DNA of 63,661 bases, the filler included. It is 5 parts of 5 records of this genome, joined end to end, with 100 filler letters (N's around TTAATTAATTAA, not from the genome) between each part and the next. Parts side by side here need not be neighbours in the genome. Positions count along the whole stretch, not along the records: positions 37,644 to 43,746 come from DRR723986_11962; positions 43,847 to 58,002 come from DRR723986_11976; 3 more parts are not named here. The stretch is one strand, 5' to 3'. Under the pieces are notes generated by a model, which was given only the letters and a program-made list of their open reading frames with translations, was not told the origin of the DNA and made no database searches. Shown here piece after piece: positions 39,280 through 50,139 of the stretch. The stretch's first letter is position 1. Each line of letters starts with the position of its first letter. The position numbers and the translations under genes were made by a program.

Positions 39280-41700
39280 TCAGCCGCGCAGAACCCCGCC
39301 CGTGGCTTTCGCAACCTTCTCGACGATCTTCACCCCAACGGCCTCGATCTCTTCCTCGGTCAGCGTCTTGTCACGCGGCTGCAACCGGACGCTCAGCGCG
39401 ATGGATTTCTTGCCAGCCCCCATCTGCGCCTCGGCCTTGTCGCCGGTAAACTCGTCGAAGATGCGCACATCCTCGATCAGCTTCTTGTCCGCTCCCGCTG
39501 CGGCATTGGCAAGGTTCACAGCCTCGACGCCCGCGTCCACCACAAAGGCAAAGTCCCGCTCCACCGCTTGCAGATCGGCCATATCCAACGCCCCCCGGCT
39601 TGCGCCGGTGCTGCGCGGCATGGGGATTTCCTCGGGGAAGAGGATAAAAGCCATGGCCGGGCCCTTCACATCCATCTCTGCCAGAGTTTTCGGATGCAAC
39701 TCCCCGAACACCCCAAGCGTCTTTTTCGGCCCAAGGCAGATGCGGCCGTGACGGCCCGGATGCCACCAGACATCGCCATCGCGCAGGATCTGCACCTTGG
39801 CGGGCGCACCCATGGCGGCCAACACCGCCTCCACATCCGCTTTCACGTCGAACACATCGACCGGGCGGCGCGACCCGTGGGGGTCGCGTGGGCCGCTTTG
39901 GCCGATCAGCAGGCCCGCCACTTGCAGGTGCTGTTCTGTCGGTTCCCCGCCATGGAAGGCGGCGCCGACCTCGAACAGGGCCAGGTCCATGAACCCGCGC
40001 GCCTGATTGCGGGCGGCGGCTTGCAGCAGACCGGGCAGCAGGCCGGGGCGCATATGGCTCATCTCGCTGGAGATGGGGTTTTCCAGCATCACGTTGTCCG
40101 TCCCCCCGCCAAACAGCGCGGCAGAGGCCTTGTCGATGAAGCTGTAGGTCACGCATTCGTTGTAGCCGAGCGCGGCGACCGTGCGGCGCGCCGACCGTTC
40201 GCGCTGTTGCATCGGGGTCAGGACTGCCTTGGGCACGCCCGGTTTCGGGCGACGCAGGGGTTGCGGTTCCAGCTTGGTCAGGGACGCAATGCGCGCGACC
40301 TCTTCCACAAGATCCGCCTCGCCCTGCACGTCACGCCGCCAGGACGGCACCCAGACCTCCAGCACGCCGCCGGAGCCTGTGGCCGAAAAGCCAAGCGCGG
40401 TCAGGATACGCGCCTGTTCCTCTTTCGGGATCTCCATGCCGACAAGGCTGATCACCCGCGCGGTATCCAGCTTGTAGCTGCGCGCCGTGTTCAGTGCCGC
40501 ACCGGCCTCGACCACCTCGGACGCTTCGCCGCCGCACAGGTCAAGGATCATCTGCGTCGCCGCTTCCAGCCCCGGCAGAGTGTATTCGGGGTCAACCCCG
40601 CGCTCGAACCGGTAGCGCGCGTCGGAATGGATCTTCAGATCGCGGCCGGTAAAGGCCGTGCGGATCGGATCCCAATAGGCGCTTTCCAGAAAGACGTTGA
40701 CGGTTTCTTCCGTGCAACCGGTCGGATCGCCACCCATGATGCCCGCGATGCTTTCCACCGCGTTGTCATCGGAAATGGCAATCTGGCCTGCCGCGAAAGT
40801 GTAGGTCTTGTCATCGAGCGCAACCAGGGTTTCACCCCCTTGCGCCTTGTGAACCCGAAGGTTGCCATTGACCTTGTCGGCATCGAAGACGTGCAGCGGG
40901 CGGTTCTGGTCGTAGGTGAAAAAGTTGGTCACATCGACAAGCGCAGAAATGGGCCGCAACCCGATGGCGCGCAGACGGTCCTGCAACCACCGGGGCGAGG
41001 GGCCGTTCTTGACGCCCTTGATCAGGCGGCCGGTGAAATGTGGACAATCGTCCAGCGTGTCCGCGTCGATGCTGACGCCGATCGGGCTGGCGAAGCTGCC
41101 GGGAACCGCGTCCTCTGCCAGCGGCTTCAACGTGCCCAAACCACGGGCTGCCAGATCCCGCGCCACGCCGCGCACGCCAAGGGCGTCCTGACGGTTGGGG
41201 GTGATGGCAATCTCGATCACGGGATCGACCTTGGCCGGGTCATTCGCCGCCAGCCAGTCAACAAAGCGCTCGCCCACCTCGCCCGAGGGCAGTTCGATGA
41301 TGCCGTCATGTTCGTCCGACAGCTCCAGCTCGCGTTCCGACGCCATCATGCCATAGCTCTCGATCCCACGGATCTTGCCGACGCCAATGGTGATATCGAG
41401 ACCGGGAATGTAGCTGCCGGGCTTGGCCAGAACCACGGTGATCCCGGCCCGCGCATTGGGGGCGCCGCAGATGATCTGCATCTCGCCTTCGTCGGTTTCC
41501 ACCTTGCATACGCGCAACCGGTCGGCTTCCGGGTGCTTCTCGGCATGGGTGACCTTGGCAAGGGTAAATTCCTTGAGACGCGAGGCGCGATCCTCGACCC
41601 CTTCGACCTCCAGCCCGATATCGTTCAGGACCTCGCAGATTTCATCCAGCGAGGCATTGGTGTCCAGATGGTCCTTCAACCAGGAGAGGGTGAATTTCAT
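39280..41700 (-). CDS. pheT: Phenylalanine-tRNA ligase beta subunit
   Basis: MKFTLSWLKDHL, ICGAPNAR, TPNRQD, RPLHVFDADK, RFERGVD, DLVEEVARI, ERDFAF; ends GGVLRG. Confidence 0.98.
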   Translation of the reverse strand: MKFTLSWLKDHLDTNASLDEICEVLNDIGLEVEGVEDRASRLKEFTLAKVTHAEKHPEADRLRVCKVETDEGEMQIICGAPNARAGITVVLAKPGSYIPGLDITIGVGKIRGIESYGMMASERELELSDEHDGIIELPSGEVGERFVDWLAANDPAKVDPVIEIAITPNRQDALGVRGVARDLAARGLGTLKPLAEDAVPGSFASPIGVSIDADTLDDCPHFTGRLIKGVKNGPSPRWLQDRLRAIGLRPISALVDVTNFFTYDQNRPLHVFDADKVNGNLRVHKAQGGETLVALDDKTYTFAAGQIAISDDNAVESIAGIMGGDPTGCTEETVNVFLESAYWDPIRTAFTGRDLKIHSDARYRFERGVDPEYTLPGLEAATQMILDLCGGEASEVVEAGAALNTARSYKLDTARVISLVGMEIPKEEQARILTALGFSATGSGGVLEVWVPSWRRDVQGEADLVEEVARIASLTKLEPQPLRRPKPGVPKAVLTPMQQRERSARRTVAALGYNECVTYSFIDKASAALFGGGTDNVMLENPISSEMSHMRPGLLPGLLQAAARNQARGFMDLALFEVGAAFHGGEPTEQHLQVAGLLIGQSGPRDPHGSRRPVDVFDVKADVEAVLAAMGAPAKVQILRDGDVWWHPGRHGRICLGPKKTLGVFGELHPKTLAEMDVKGPAMAFILFPEEIPMPRSTGASRGALDMADLQAVERDFAFVVDAGVEAVNLANAAAGADKKLIEDVRIFDEFTGDKAEAQMGAGKKSIALSVRLQPRDKTLTEEEIEAVGVKIVEKVAKATGGVLRG

Positions 41701-41847
41701 CGCTTTTATCCCTTGCGTCTGTCCCGCCCGCGCTTAGCGCAGTTGCGGACGGAATGGAAGCGGGCGCCTAAGATTGAACCCCTTCCCGCGCCAAACCGAC
41801 CCACAAGTGATGATGCGGGGGTTGCACCCCAACTGAAAGGAGCTTTC

Positions 41848-42483
41848 ATGCGCCCCCTCCCCCTCCGTGCCGTCATTTTGGCGGCCCTTCTCGCCGCGCC
41901 CGCAGCCCATGCGGACATGGTAATCATTCAGCAAGGCCATTTCCCCGGCCCGTCCGCCTTTGCGCATCCCATGCCGCAAGGGTCCGCGTTTGGTATGGCC
42001 GAAGCCTTCATTCGCGACATGGCCGCCAATCGCTTTCCGCAGGCGGTCCTGTTGGATCATCCCCACCCGGAACATCCCCTGTTTCCGCCCGTTCTGGTGG
42101 AGGACCGTGCCGCCCATCCGATCCCCTTCGCCGGTGGCTGGAACATGACCGAGATCATGGATGACCAGGGTCTGCCCTTGGCCTTCGATCCCGAGCTTCT
42201 GGCAGAGACCGAATTCAACGTCGATCTCGACGGATCCTTCACCGCCTATGCCGGGTGCAACCGCATATTCGGGGAACTGACCATGATGGACGGCACCATT
42301 GCCTCGGCCGAATACGCCATGACGACGATGGCCTGCATGGGCCCGGTCAACGATCTGGAAATCGCCTTCACGCGGGTTCTGGACAGCGCCTCTCTTGTGG
42401 CCACTGGGCATGACATGCTGGTGCTGCTGGACGGCGAAGGCGACAAGCTGGCCGAGTTTGCGCTGCGGGTTGAAGCCCCCTAA
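41848..42483 (+). CDS. META/HslJ domain exported protein
   Basis: AAGGAG RBS; signal peptide ending AHA|D; AGCNRIFG and TTMACM motifs. Confidence 0.85.
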   Translation: MRPLPLRAVILAALLAAPAAHADMVIIQQGHFPGPSAFAHPMPQGSAFGMAEAFIRDMAANRFPQAVLLDHPHPEHPLFPPVLVEDRAAHPIPFAGGWNMTEIMDDQGLPLAFDPELLAETEFNVDLDGSFTAYAGCNRIFGELTMMDGTIASAEYAMTTMACMGPVNDLEIAFTRVLDSASLVATGHDMLVLLDGEGDKLAEFALRVEAP

Positions 42484-43232
42484 GCGGACAGGCTGGTCAG
42501 CCAGTTGCGGATCTCGGTCAGCCGCTGATCCGGCCGGAAATCACCGGGCGCGGCCCCCAATCGGCGGGCCGCGTCCGCATCTGATTCCGCCAGCCGTAAA
42601 TCATCGCGCAGCGCCTGAGGATAGCCGCCGATCCTGTCGAGGATATCGGCCATCGCGAGGGGCGTGATCTCGGGGTGATATTGCACGCCCCAAAAGCGGA
42701 TTTCTCCGGTGTCATAGGCAAAAGCCTGCACCGGAGAATGGGCATTCCCCGCCAGCAAAACCGCGCCTTCCGGCAGTTGCGTCACCTCATCCCGATGGAT
42801 GCAGGGCGCCGTGTAGCCACTTTGCCGCCCGGTCAGAAACGGGTGCGTCTGGCCGGCTTCAGTCACTTGAATATCGCGCGCTAACCCGTCTTCGCGGCCA
42901 TTGGGTGAGGGCTGTGATGCACCGCCCAGAACACAGGCCGCCAACTGCATCCCGTTGCACGATCCGTAAGAGGGAATGCGCGCGGCAAACACCCGTTCCA
43001 TCACGGCCCGAAGCGGTGCAGCCTCGGGTGCATCAACGCCCCAATTGACACCCGATCCGGTGAAAATCGCCCCGTCCACGTCTTGCAGGTCAGCGTCTGT
43101 GACAGGCGCATCATAGGGGGCCACGATCCTGATATCTATCGAACGATCAATCGCTTGAAGGGCCGAAATGAACTCCGGCGCTGCCGGTTGATTGCCAGCC
43201 GGGTTCGATTCGACGATCAGGATCGTGGTCAT
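42480..43232 (-). CDS. Class I glutamine amidotransferase-like protein
   Basis: FTGSG, GSCNGMQ (nucleophile Cys), [13 protein letters not shown]. Confidence 0.9.
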   Translation of the reverse strand: MTTILIVESNPAGNQPAAPEFISALQAIDRSIDIRIVAPYDAPVTDADLQDVDGAIFTGSGVNWGVDAPEAAPLRAVMERVFAARIPSYGSCNGMQLAACVLGGASQPSPNGREDGLARDIQVTEAGQTHPFLTGRQSGYTAPCIHRDEVTQLPEGAVLLAGNAHSPVQAFAYDTGEIRFWGVQYHPEITPLAMADILDRIGGYPQALRDDLRLAESDADAARRLGAAPGDFRPDQRLTEIRNWLTSLSA

Positions 43233-43239
43233 TTCGGTC

Positions 43240-43635
43240 CTATTGCAGTTCAGCGCGGATCGAATAGCTGAGCGGGTAGTCACAATCCCCCATCGTCACG
43301 GTGAACCCGGTCGGAAAAGTCGGCCGGTCAAAGCTGACGACGGCCAGTCCCCAGTCGAGGCTGGCGAGGCCTCCGGGGCGGGCCATGGCGGCGTCGCATT
43401 CCAGCGGGCCCTGGCCGATGAAGTACCCATGGTGAACGCCGCGTTCGGTGGAATTTCCGGCCAGTCCGGGGATCACCAGTTCGGCAGCGGACCCGTCGAC
43501 ATTGGTGAAGCTGAGGATCGCGGAGCCGAAGGCATCTTCCTGGTAAATTATTGGTCCTGTTGAAGAATTCCACGCCTCATCGGCGAAAGCAGGGGCCGCA
43601 AGGGCGAGACAGGCGGGGGCTATGGCTTTGAACAT
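43240..43635 (-). CDS. Secreted hypothetical protein
   Basis: Signal peptide ending AFA|D; GGAG RBS; co-oriented with the GATase gene. Confidence 0.7.
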   Translation of the reverse strand: MFKAIAPACLALAAPAFADEAWNSSTGPIIYQEDAFGSAILSFTNVDGSAAELVIPGLAGNSTERGVHHGYFIGQGPLECDAAMARPGGLASLDWGLAVVSFDRPTFPTGFTVTMGDCDYPLSYSIRAELQ

Positions 43636-43723
43636 GGTATGGCTCCAAAAATGAGATGAGGGAGCCTAGCCTGAGATTTGCGTTTCGCAAAGCAGGGATT
43701 GACGAAATCACCCCGTCGCCATG

Positions 43724-43745
43724 CGTACACCCCCCGTACACCCCC
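43724..43745. repeat. Tandem 11-bp repeat (CGTACACCCCC x2) at contig end
   Basis: Read directly from the sequence. Confidence 0.6.
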
Positions 43746-43746
43746 T

Positions 43747-43846
43747 NNNNNNNNNNNNNNNNNNNNNNNNNNNNNNNNNNNNNNNNNNNNTTAATTAATT
43801 AANNNNNNNNNNNNNNNNNNNNNNNNNNNNNNNNNNNNNNNNNNNN
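43747..43846. other. Artificial contig spacer
   Basis: N44-TTAATTAATTAA-N44. Confidence 0.98.
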
Positions 43847-44278
43847 AAACCAACCTAGTTTGTCTGCTTCTGCCCAAATCATTTTTTCCAAAGCATCTTT
43901 AGGTACCGTTTGAAAGTAATTTGTTCTATCTCTACTTGTAGAACCATTAGCTCCAGATCCACCAATACGAGCGCTCATTTGGTCTAAACCACCTTTACCT
44001 AAATTCTCAGATTCTAAGAATAAAAGATGCTCAAATAAATGAGCAAATCCTGTGCGTCCTTCTTTTTCTCTAGCTGAACCAACATGAGCTGTCAAAGCTA
44101 CTGCAGCAACAGGATCTGATTTATCCACATGCAGGATAACTTGTAGACCATTATCTAAAGTGAATTTTTCATAATCTACTTTAAATTCTTTAGTGGTTTC
44201 TTGAGATTCATTTTGTTTACAAGATATAACTGCTGTTAAAACAAAAAGACTAAATAAGAGTGTTGTGATTTGTTTCAT
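43847..44278 (-). CDS. M16 (insulinase-family) zinc peptidase lipoprotein (3' truncated)
   Basis: Lipobox VISC; LDNGLQVILH, HVGS, inverted zinc motif HLFEH. Confidence 0.92.
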
Positions 44279-44301
44279 AATACTATTTGATGGATGATTC
44301 A

Positions 44302-46782
44302 TTATAATTCGTAGGCGTTATTATTCACAAAGAAAATAGAATTCACTATAAATAGTTTTCCATTTTCCCAGAAGCTTCTGAATAAAGTGTTATCTACCAT
44401 GTAGATAAAGCTTCCACTTCCCATGCGTTCTTCTCCAAAAACTAACGTTTCGTTTAGGTTTTTTAGTGCATCTTTACCTGCAAATCCTGAATACACTTTT
44501 GTGTCATTTAAATGAGCAACATTATAACCACTTTCTAAGAGACCATAAGAGATGCTGCCAAGTTTTAAAGTAAAATAATAATCGTTATATCCAAATGCCA
44601 TTGGATGTGTACTATCCACCTGGCTTTTAAATATCGCTCCTGTAATTAAGTTATTAGTATACTCTCGTTCACGATCTGCGTAAGGTGTTAAGTTATCGTC
44701 ATTAGAATCATTTTCTGAGTCTTTATATTTTAAACTAAAACCATCCTTACCAGCAAAACTTCGTATAGCACCATCAATAGCGATAACTTTTCCACCAGCA
44801 CGTACCCAAACCTTGAGCTTAGTCATATTAGCTTCACTTAAAACACGACCATAATACCCATTTGGAATAATTAACACATTATACTTGCTAAGATTTGTTC
44901 TGCTTAAATTATCGGTATTTATTGAGGTTAAAGGATACTTTAGTTGCTTCTCAAAGAAATGCCAAATTTCGCCATAACTTAATGATGATGTGCCTTCACC
45001 AGATAAAACAGCTACTTTTTGATTATTTATCAATTTAACATCAGGTGAGCCAATATCTGGTGTTGTTTGAGAAAATCCGGTATTTATTTTGGTTAATGAT
45101 TGTGAATGGTTTTGAGCAATTTCATTTATAGTGCTCACCAAATTTTTAATATGCTTGTTATCTCCTTTAGTGATTATTAATGAGCCACGTTCAAAGCTTT
45201 CACCAGCAGATGTAAATGGCTTTTCAGTGAAACGCACTTTGAAATCGTGTTTTAGTAATTCAGCCAAAAACTGTGCATCTTTTATAGAACTCCATTTGCT
45301 AACAAAACCATAGGAGTCACTAATTGTTTCAACAGCTTTTTTCTCCATCATTTTTCTGCTGTAAACTTTAGATGTAGTTGCAACGGCATCTAAGCCATAA
45401 GCATATGGTACAGACCATGCGGTTATATCATAGGTGAGAGAGTCGGTCAATTTAGCATTAGGCTCAAATAATACTTTTACCATTTTTCCTTTTGGTTGGT
45501 TAGAGTGAACTACAAGTGCATTAGCATCTACATTGATACTTCCTTGTTCACCTGTCTTGTAATTGTAACCAGATATTTTTGAGCTTGTTGGATTTTCATA
45601 TGAAATCTCATGTCTGTCTAAAAGTGTCTTTAAACTATTGAGGTTATCTATGTTACCTTTTAAAACATAGCTTTTGTATTTTAAATTAGCGTTATCAAAG
45701 AATTTGGCAAATTCAGAATTTAGCTTTTCGGCATTTTTTGAAGCTATTTCAACAGTTGAAATTCCTGAAACAGTATGGTGGGTTAATCGCTCAATTAAAG
45801 TTAACACATGGCCTTCATCATTTAAAATACCAAGTCCTGCCATACCATGACCGCCTTGTTCATAAGTCATACCAATAGCTCCCATATAGGTTGGGTAGGT
45901 GTCACCATAACTAGGATAAAATAAATCAAATCGTTCTCTAGTAAAAAACAACCAACCTTCAGCATCAAAATACTTTGCGTGGTTTTGTCCTATTTGAGTC
46001 TGAAAATCACGTTGCCAGTCACTAATAATTTCGTGGAACGGTTCTGCTGCTGGTGCAAAATAATAAGGCTCGTTTGGACCTTGTTCATGAAAATCAACAT
46101 GGATGTGTGGCATCCATTTATTATAAATATCTAATCGTTGTTGAGACTCAACTTGTGTCGCCCATGCCCAATCTCTATTAAGATCAAACAAATAATGATT
46201 TGGTCGTCCACCAGGCCAAGGCTCATTATGTTCACTAGCTTGTTTGTCTATATTATATGGCTTACTAGCCGTTTCATTATACCAATTTACGTATCGGTCA
46301 CGACCATCAGGATTTATACATGGATCTATAATCACAACAGTATTTTCTAGCAACTCTTGGCGCTCAGTTAATAATTTGTATAGAGTTAACATAGCGGCTT
46401 CTGTGCTCGAAGCTTCGTTTCCATGTACATTATAACTTAACCATACTATAGCTGTATCAGTAGAACTCGGTGCGCCTTCAAGTAAACCTGTGTTTTTTAA
46501 ATTATTTTCTCTTATTGTTTCGAGATTCTTCATGTTCGCTTCACTCGTAACGTAAGCCAGATATAATGGTCTTCGTTCATTCGTTTTTCCGTATTGCTCC
46601 AGTTTTACTTGATTTGGTAGTGCTGTTGAAACTGCTTTAAAATAATCTACGACCTGATGGTGGCGACTAAATTGTGTGCCAATTTCATAACCTAAAAATT
46701 CGCTTGGAGATTGAATGTTTTGAGCAATTAAAAATGTTTGAAGACTTAATGAAACTAGGAGGGTAATTAATATTTTTTGCAT
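44302..46782 (-). CDS. M14 zinc carboxypeptidase family protein
   Basis: HGNE, NPDGR, FDLNRDW, DFHEQG; signal peptide. Confidence 0.92.
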   Translation of the reverse strand: MQKILITLLVSLSLQTFLIAQNIQSPSEFLGYEIGTQFSRHHQVVDYFKAVSTALPNQVKLEQYGKTNERRPLYLAYVTSEANMKNLETIRENNLKNTGLLEGAPSSTDTAIVWLSYNVHGNEASSTEAAMLTLYKLLTERQELLENTVVIIDPCINPDGRDRYVNWYNETASKPYNIDKQASEHNEPWPGGRPNHYLFDLNRDWAWATQVESQQRLDIYNKWMPHIHVDFHEQGPNEPYYFAPAAEPFHEIISDWQRDFQTQIGQNHAKYFDAEGWLFFTRERFDLFYPSYGDTYPTYMGAIGMTYEQGGHGMAGLGILNDEGHVLTLIERLTHHTVSGISTVEIASKNAEKLNSEFAKFFDNANLKYKSYVLKGNIDNLNSLKTLLDRHEISYENPTSSKISGYNYKTGEQGSINVDANALVVHSNQPKGKMVKVLFEPNAKLTDSLTYDITAWSVPYAYGLDAVATTSKVYSRKMMEKKAVETISDSYGFVSKWSSIKDAQFLAELLKHDFKVRFTEKPFTSAGESFERGSLIITKGDNKHIKNLVSTINEIAQNHSQSLTKINTGFSQTTPDIGSPDVKLINNQKVAVLSGEGTSSLSYGEIWHFFEKQLKYPLTSINTDNLSRTNLSKYNVLIIPNGYYGRVLSEANMTKLKVWVRAGGKVIAIDGAIRSFAGKDGFSLKYKDSENDSNDDNLTPYADREREYTNNLITGAIFKSQVDSTHPMAFGYNDYYFTLKLGSISYGLLESGYNVAHLNDTKVYSGFAGKDALKNLNETLVFGEERMGSGSFIYMVDNTLFRSFWENGKLFIVNSIFFVNNNAYEL

Positions 46783-46896
46783 TTAAAGTTGAGTTAGTTT
46801 GACTGCAAGTAAAGATACATAGCACAACCGAATTAACTAAAAATTAGCAGTTAAAAAAATGAAGTACCTTATATTTATGCCATAATTAACATTTGT

Positions 46897-48492
46897 ATGC
46901 CAACTGACTATATTGCTTTTAGAGATACAGGTTTTTTCTCTGATTTTATTTGTGATTATTTAGAGCAAAAGCCTGAGCTTAATGCATTATACAATAGATT
47001 TCCTAGCTTAGAGAGTTTTAAAGCTCAAATTGAAGAAAAATCAAAGTCCTTTAATAGCGATTCGCGTCGTGTCCTTTCAAATGAAATATTAAAACAATAT
47101 TCTGCTTTAGAGACCTGTGAGTTGACTCAGAAAAATATTGAAGATCTTAAATTGGAGACAACGTTTACCGTTACAACAGGTCACCAATTAAACCTATTTA
47201 CAGGTCCTTTATATTTCTTATATAAAATTATTTCCACAATCAATCTCACTAAGCAGTTAAAAGACACATATCCAGACTGTAACTTTGTGCCAATATTCTG
47301 GATGGCATCAGAAGATCATGATTTTGATGAAATCAATTATTTTAATTTTAAAGGGAAAAAGATTCAATGGAATTCTAAACAAACCGGAGCCGTTGGTCAT
47401 TTTACCACGGAAGGCTTAGATGAGGTTTATGATGTTATTTCTTCAGAATTTGGTGCTGGCAAATATGCAGAGCAATTAAGGTCTTGGTTTAAAAATGCCT
47501 ATTTAAAACATGATAATTTAGCCGATGCTACGCGTTATTTAGCTAACGAATTATTTGGTGAATACGGTTTAGTAATTTTAGATGCTGATGCCCTTGAATT
47601 AAAGCGTTTATTTGTTCCGCAAATGAAACGTGAGCTTTTAGAACAAACTGCCTTTAAAACAGTTGCTCAAACCAATAAAAAACTGGATGAATTAGGACTT
47701 AAAATTCAGGTTAACCCAAGAGAGATCAATCTTTTTTATGTTAAAGATGGAGTAAGGGAACGCATTGTGGAGAGTGATGGAATTTTTTCGGTTTTAGAAA
47801 CAGATATTAGCTGGACAAAAGCTGAGCTTTTAAAACATCTGCAAGAATTTCCTGATCGCTTTTCACCAAATGTGATTATGCGACCTTTGTATCAGGAAAC
47901 CATTTTACCTAATCTCTGTTACATAGGTGGAGGAGGAGAGATGATTTATTGGTTACAGTTGAAAACCAATTTTGAAGCACAAGCGATAACCTTTCCAATG
48001 TTGTTGTTACGTAATTCGGTATTAGTTAAATCTTCCAAACAATCAAAAAAAATAGTAAACCTTAATATTTCAGATAACGATTTGTTTTTAGATAAAAATT
48101 CATTTATCAACAAAAAGGTTAGAAGTATCTCAGATATTGATATAGATTTTTCAGAACAAATTAAACACTTAGAGCAACAGTTTTCAGACCTTCATAAATT
48201 GGCTGAACAAACCGATAATTCATTTTTAGGCGCGGTTAAGGCCCAAGAAGTAAAGCAGATAAAGGGATTAAAGAATCTCGAAAAACGATTACTTAAAGCT
48301 CAAAAGCGAAAATTAGCAGATCAGATTGAACGATCAACTCAAATGCAAGAGCAATTATTCCCGAGAAAGAGCCTGCAAGAACGTAACATCAATTTTTCTG
48401 AATTGTATTTGGAATATGGTGATGATTTAGTTGTGCACCTCTTCAAATCTCTCAAACCACTAAAAGGAGAGTTTTTACTGTTAACAATTTGA
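46897..48492 (+). CDS. bshC: Bacillithiol biosynthesis cysteine-adding enzyme
   Basis: TTGHQLNLFTGP, FWMASEDHDFDEI, FSPNVIMRPLYQE, YIGGGGE, LQER. Confidence 0.95.
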   Translation: MPTDYIAFRDTGFFSDFICDYLEQKPELNALYNRFPSLESFKAQIEEKSKSFNSDSRRVLSNEILKQYSALETCELTQKNIEDLKLETTFTVTTGHQLNLFTGPLYFLYKIISTINLTKQLKDTYPDCNFVPIFWMASEDHDFDEINYFNFKGKKIQWNSKQTGAVGHFTTEGLDEVYDVISSEFGAGKYAEQLRSWFKNAYLKHDNLADATRYLANELFGEYGLVILDADALELKRLFVPQMKRELLEQTAFKTVAQTNKKLDELGLKIQVNPREINLFYVKDGVRERIVESDGIFSVLETDISWTKAELLKHLQEFPDRFSPNVIMRPLYQETILPNLCYIGGGGEMIYWLQLKTNFEAQAITFPMLLLRNSVLVKSSKQSKKIVNLNISDNDLFLDKNSFINKKVRSISDIDIDFSEQIKHLEQQFSDLHKLAEQTDNSFLGAVKAQEVKQIKGLKNLEKRLLKAQKRKLADQIERSTQMQEQLFPRKSLQERNINFSELYLEYGDDLVVHLFKSLKPLKGEFLLLTI

Positions 48493-48536
48493 TGTAAAAT
48501 TTAGTTTCTTGTTATCTAATTTTTAGTTGCAATCCT

Positions 48537-48544
48537 TATTTTTG
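48537..48544 (+). promoter_or_regulatory. Bacteroidetes -7 promoter element (TAnnTTTG) of guaA
   Basis: TATTTTTG ending 3 nt before the guaA ATG. Confidence 0.6.
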
Positions 48545-48547
48545 CGC

Positions 48548-50083
48548 ATGCAACACAATAAAGTCCTTATTTTAGATTTCGGATCGCAGTACACGCAGCT
48601 TATAGCAAGACGTGTAAGAGAATTAAATATCTATTGCGAAATCCATCCTTTTAATAAAATTCCAAATGAAGTAGATAGCTATAAAGCGGTTATATTATCT
48701 GGTAGTCCTGTGTCGGTACGCTCAGAAGATGCTTTGCATTCAGACCTTAAACAGATACGTGGTAAGAAACCGATGTTAGCTGTTTGTTATGGAGCACAAT
48801 ATTTAGCTCATTTTTCAGGTGGAGAAGTCGCAGAATCGAGCACTAGAGAATATGGTAGAGCCAATTTAGGTTTTATAAAAGAAGATGAAGATTTCTTTGA
48901 AAACATTCATGAAGGAAGCCAGGTTTGGATGAGTCATAGTGATACGATTAAACATTTACCAACGGGAGGAGTTTTATTAGCCAGTACAGAAGATGTGGAA
49001 AATGCCGCATTTAAAATTGAGGGAGAAGACACCTATGCTATTCAATTTCATCCTGAGGTTTATCATTCAACGGATGGACATCAATTATTACATAATTTCT
49101 TAGTTAAAATTGCAAAAGTTAATCAAGACTGGACACCAAATGCATTTGTAGAAGAGACTGTTGAAGAGTTGAAAGATAAACTTGGTGATGATAAGGTTGT
49201 ACTTGGTTTATCAGGAGGTGTAGATTCATCAGTAGCAGCTATGTTGTTACACAAAGCAATCGGAAAAAACCTCTATTGTATTTTCGTAAATAATGGATTA
49301 CTCCGAAAAAATGAGTTCGAAGATGTATTACATCAATACGAAGGCATGGGATTAAACGTTAAAGGTGTAGATGCTTCGGCACGCTTTTTGGATGCTTTAG
49401 CAGGACAGAGTGACCCAGAGCAAAAAAGAAAGACGATTGGTCGTGTGTTTATTGAAGTTTTTGATGATGAAGCCCATCGTATACAGGATGTAAAATGGTT
49501 GGCACAAGGAACTATTTACCCAGATGTCATTGAGAGTGTTTCTGCAACAGGTGGTCCTAGTGCAACTATAAAAAGTCATCATAATGTTGGCGGGTTGCCA
49601 GATTTTATGAAGCTTAAAGTGGTAGAACCGCTTAAAGCATTATTTAAGGATGAAGTAAGACGTGTTGGTGCTTCAATGAATATGGATAGTCATCTACTAG
49701 GTAGGCATCCATTTCCAGGTCCTGGATTGGCAATTAGGATTTTAGGAGATCTAACTCGTGAGAAAGTACGTATATTACAAGAGGTAGATGCTATTTTTAT
49801 TAATAACCTTAGATCTTGGAACTTGTACGATAAAGTGTGGCAGGCAGGGGCAATGTTATTACCAGTTAATAGTGTTGGAGTGATGGGAGATGAGCGTACT
49901 TATGAAAAATGTGTGGCATTAAGAGCAGTAGAAAGTACAGACGGTATGACCGCAGATTGGGTTAATTTACCATATGAGTTTTTGCAAAAAACCTCAAATG
50001 AAATAATAAATAAAGTTAAAGGTGTTAATAGAGTTGTTTACGATATCAGTTCTAAACCACCGGCGACCATAGAATGGGAATAA
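48548..50083 (+). CDS. guaA: GMP synthase (glutamine-hydrolysing)
   Basis: [44 protein letters not shown]. Confidence 0.98.
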   Translation: MQHNKVLILDFGSQYTQLIARRVRELNIYCEIHPFNKIPNEVDSYKAVILSGSPVSVRSEDALHSDLKQIRGKKPMLAVCYGAQYLAHFSGGEVAESSTREYGRANLGFIKEDEDFFENIHEGSQVWMSHSDTIKHLPTGGVLLASTEDVENAAFKIEGEDTYAIQFHPEVYHSTDGHQLLHNFLVKIAKVNQDWTPNAFVEETVEELKDKLGDDKVVLGLSGGVDSSVAAMLLHKAIGKNLYCIFVNNGLLRKNEFEDVLHQYEGMGLNVKGVDASARFLDALAGQSDPEQKRKTIGRVFIEVFDDEAHRIQDVKWLAQGTIYPDVIESVSATGGPSATIKSHHNVGGLPDFMKLKVVEPLKALFKDEVRRVGASMNMDSHLLGRHPFPGPGLAIRILGDLTREKVRILQEVDAIFINNLRSWNLYDKVWQAGAMLLPVNSVGVMGDERTYEKCVALRAVESTDGMTADWVNLPYEFLQKTSNEIINKVKGVNRVVYDISSKPPATIEWE

Positions 50084-50139
50084 ATTTGGTGACCTTGTTG
50101 CTATTTTTGTTTCTTAGAATTAGTAGCAAAATAATTTAG

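Noticed and set aside
39187..42483. 1098-aa plus-strand ORF
   Set aside because: Antisense shadow of pheT in GC-rich DNA; only 41848-42483 (META protein with its own RBS) is credible
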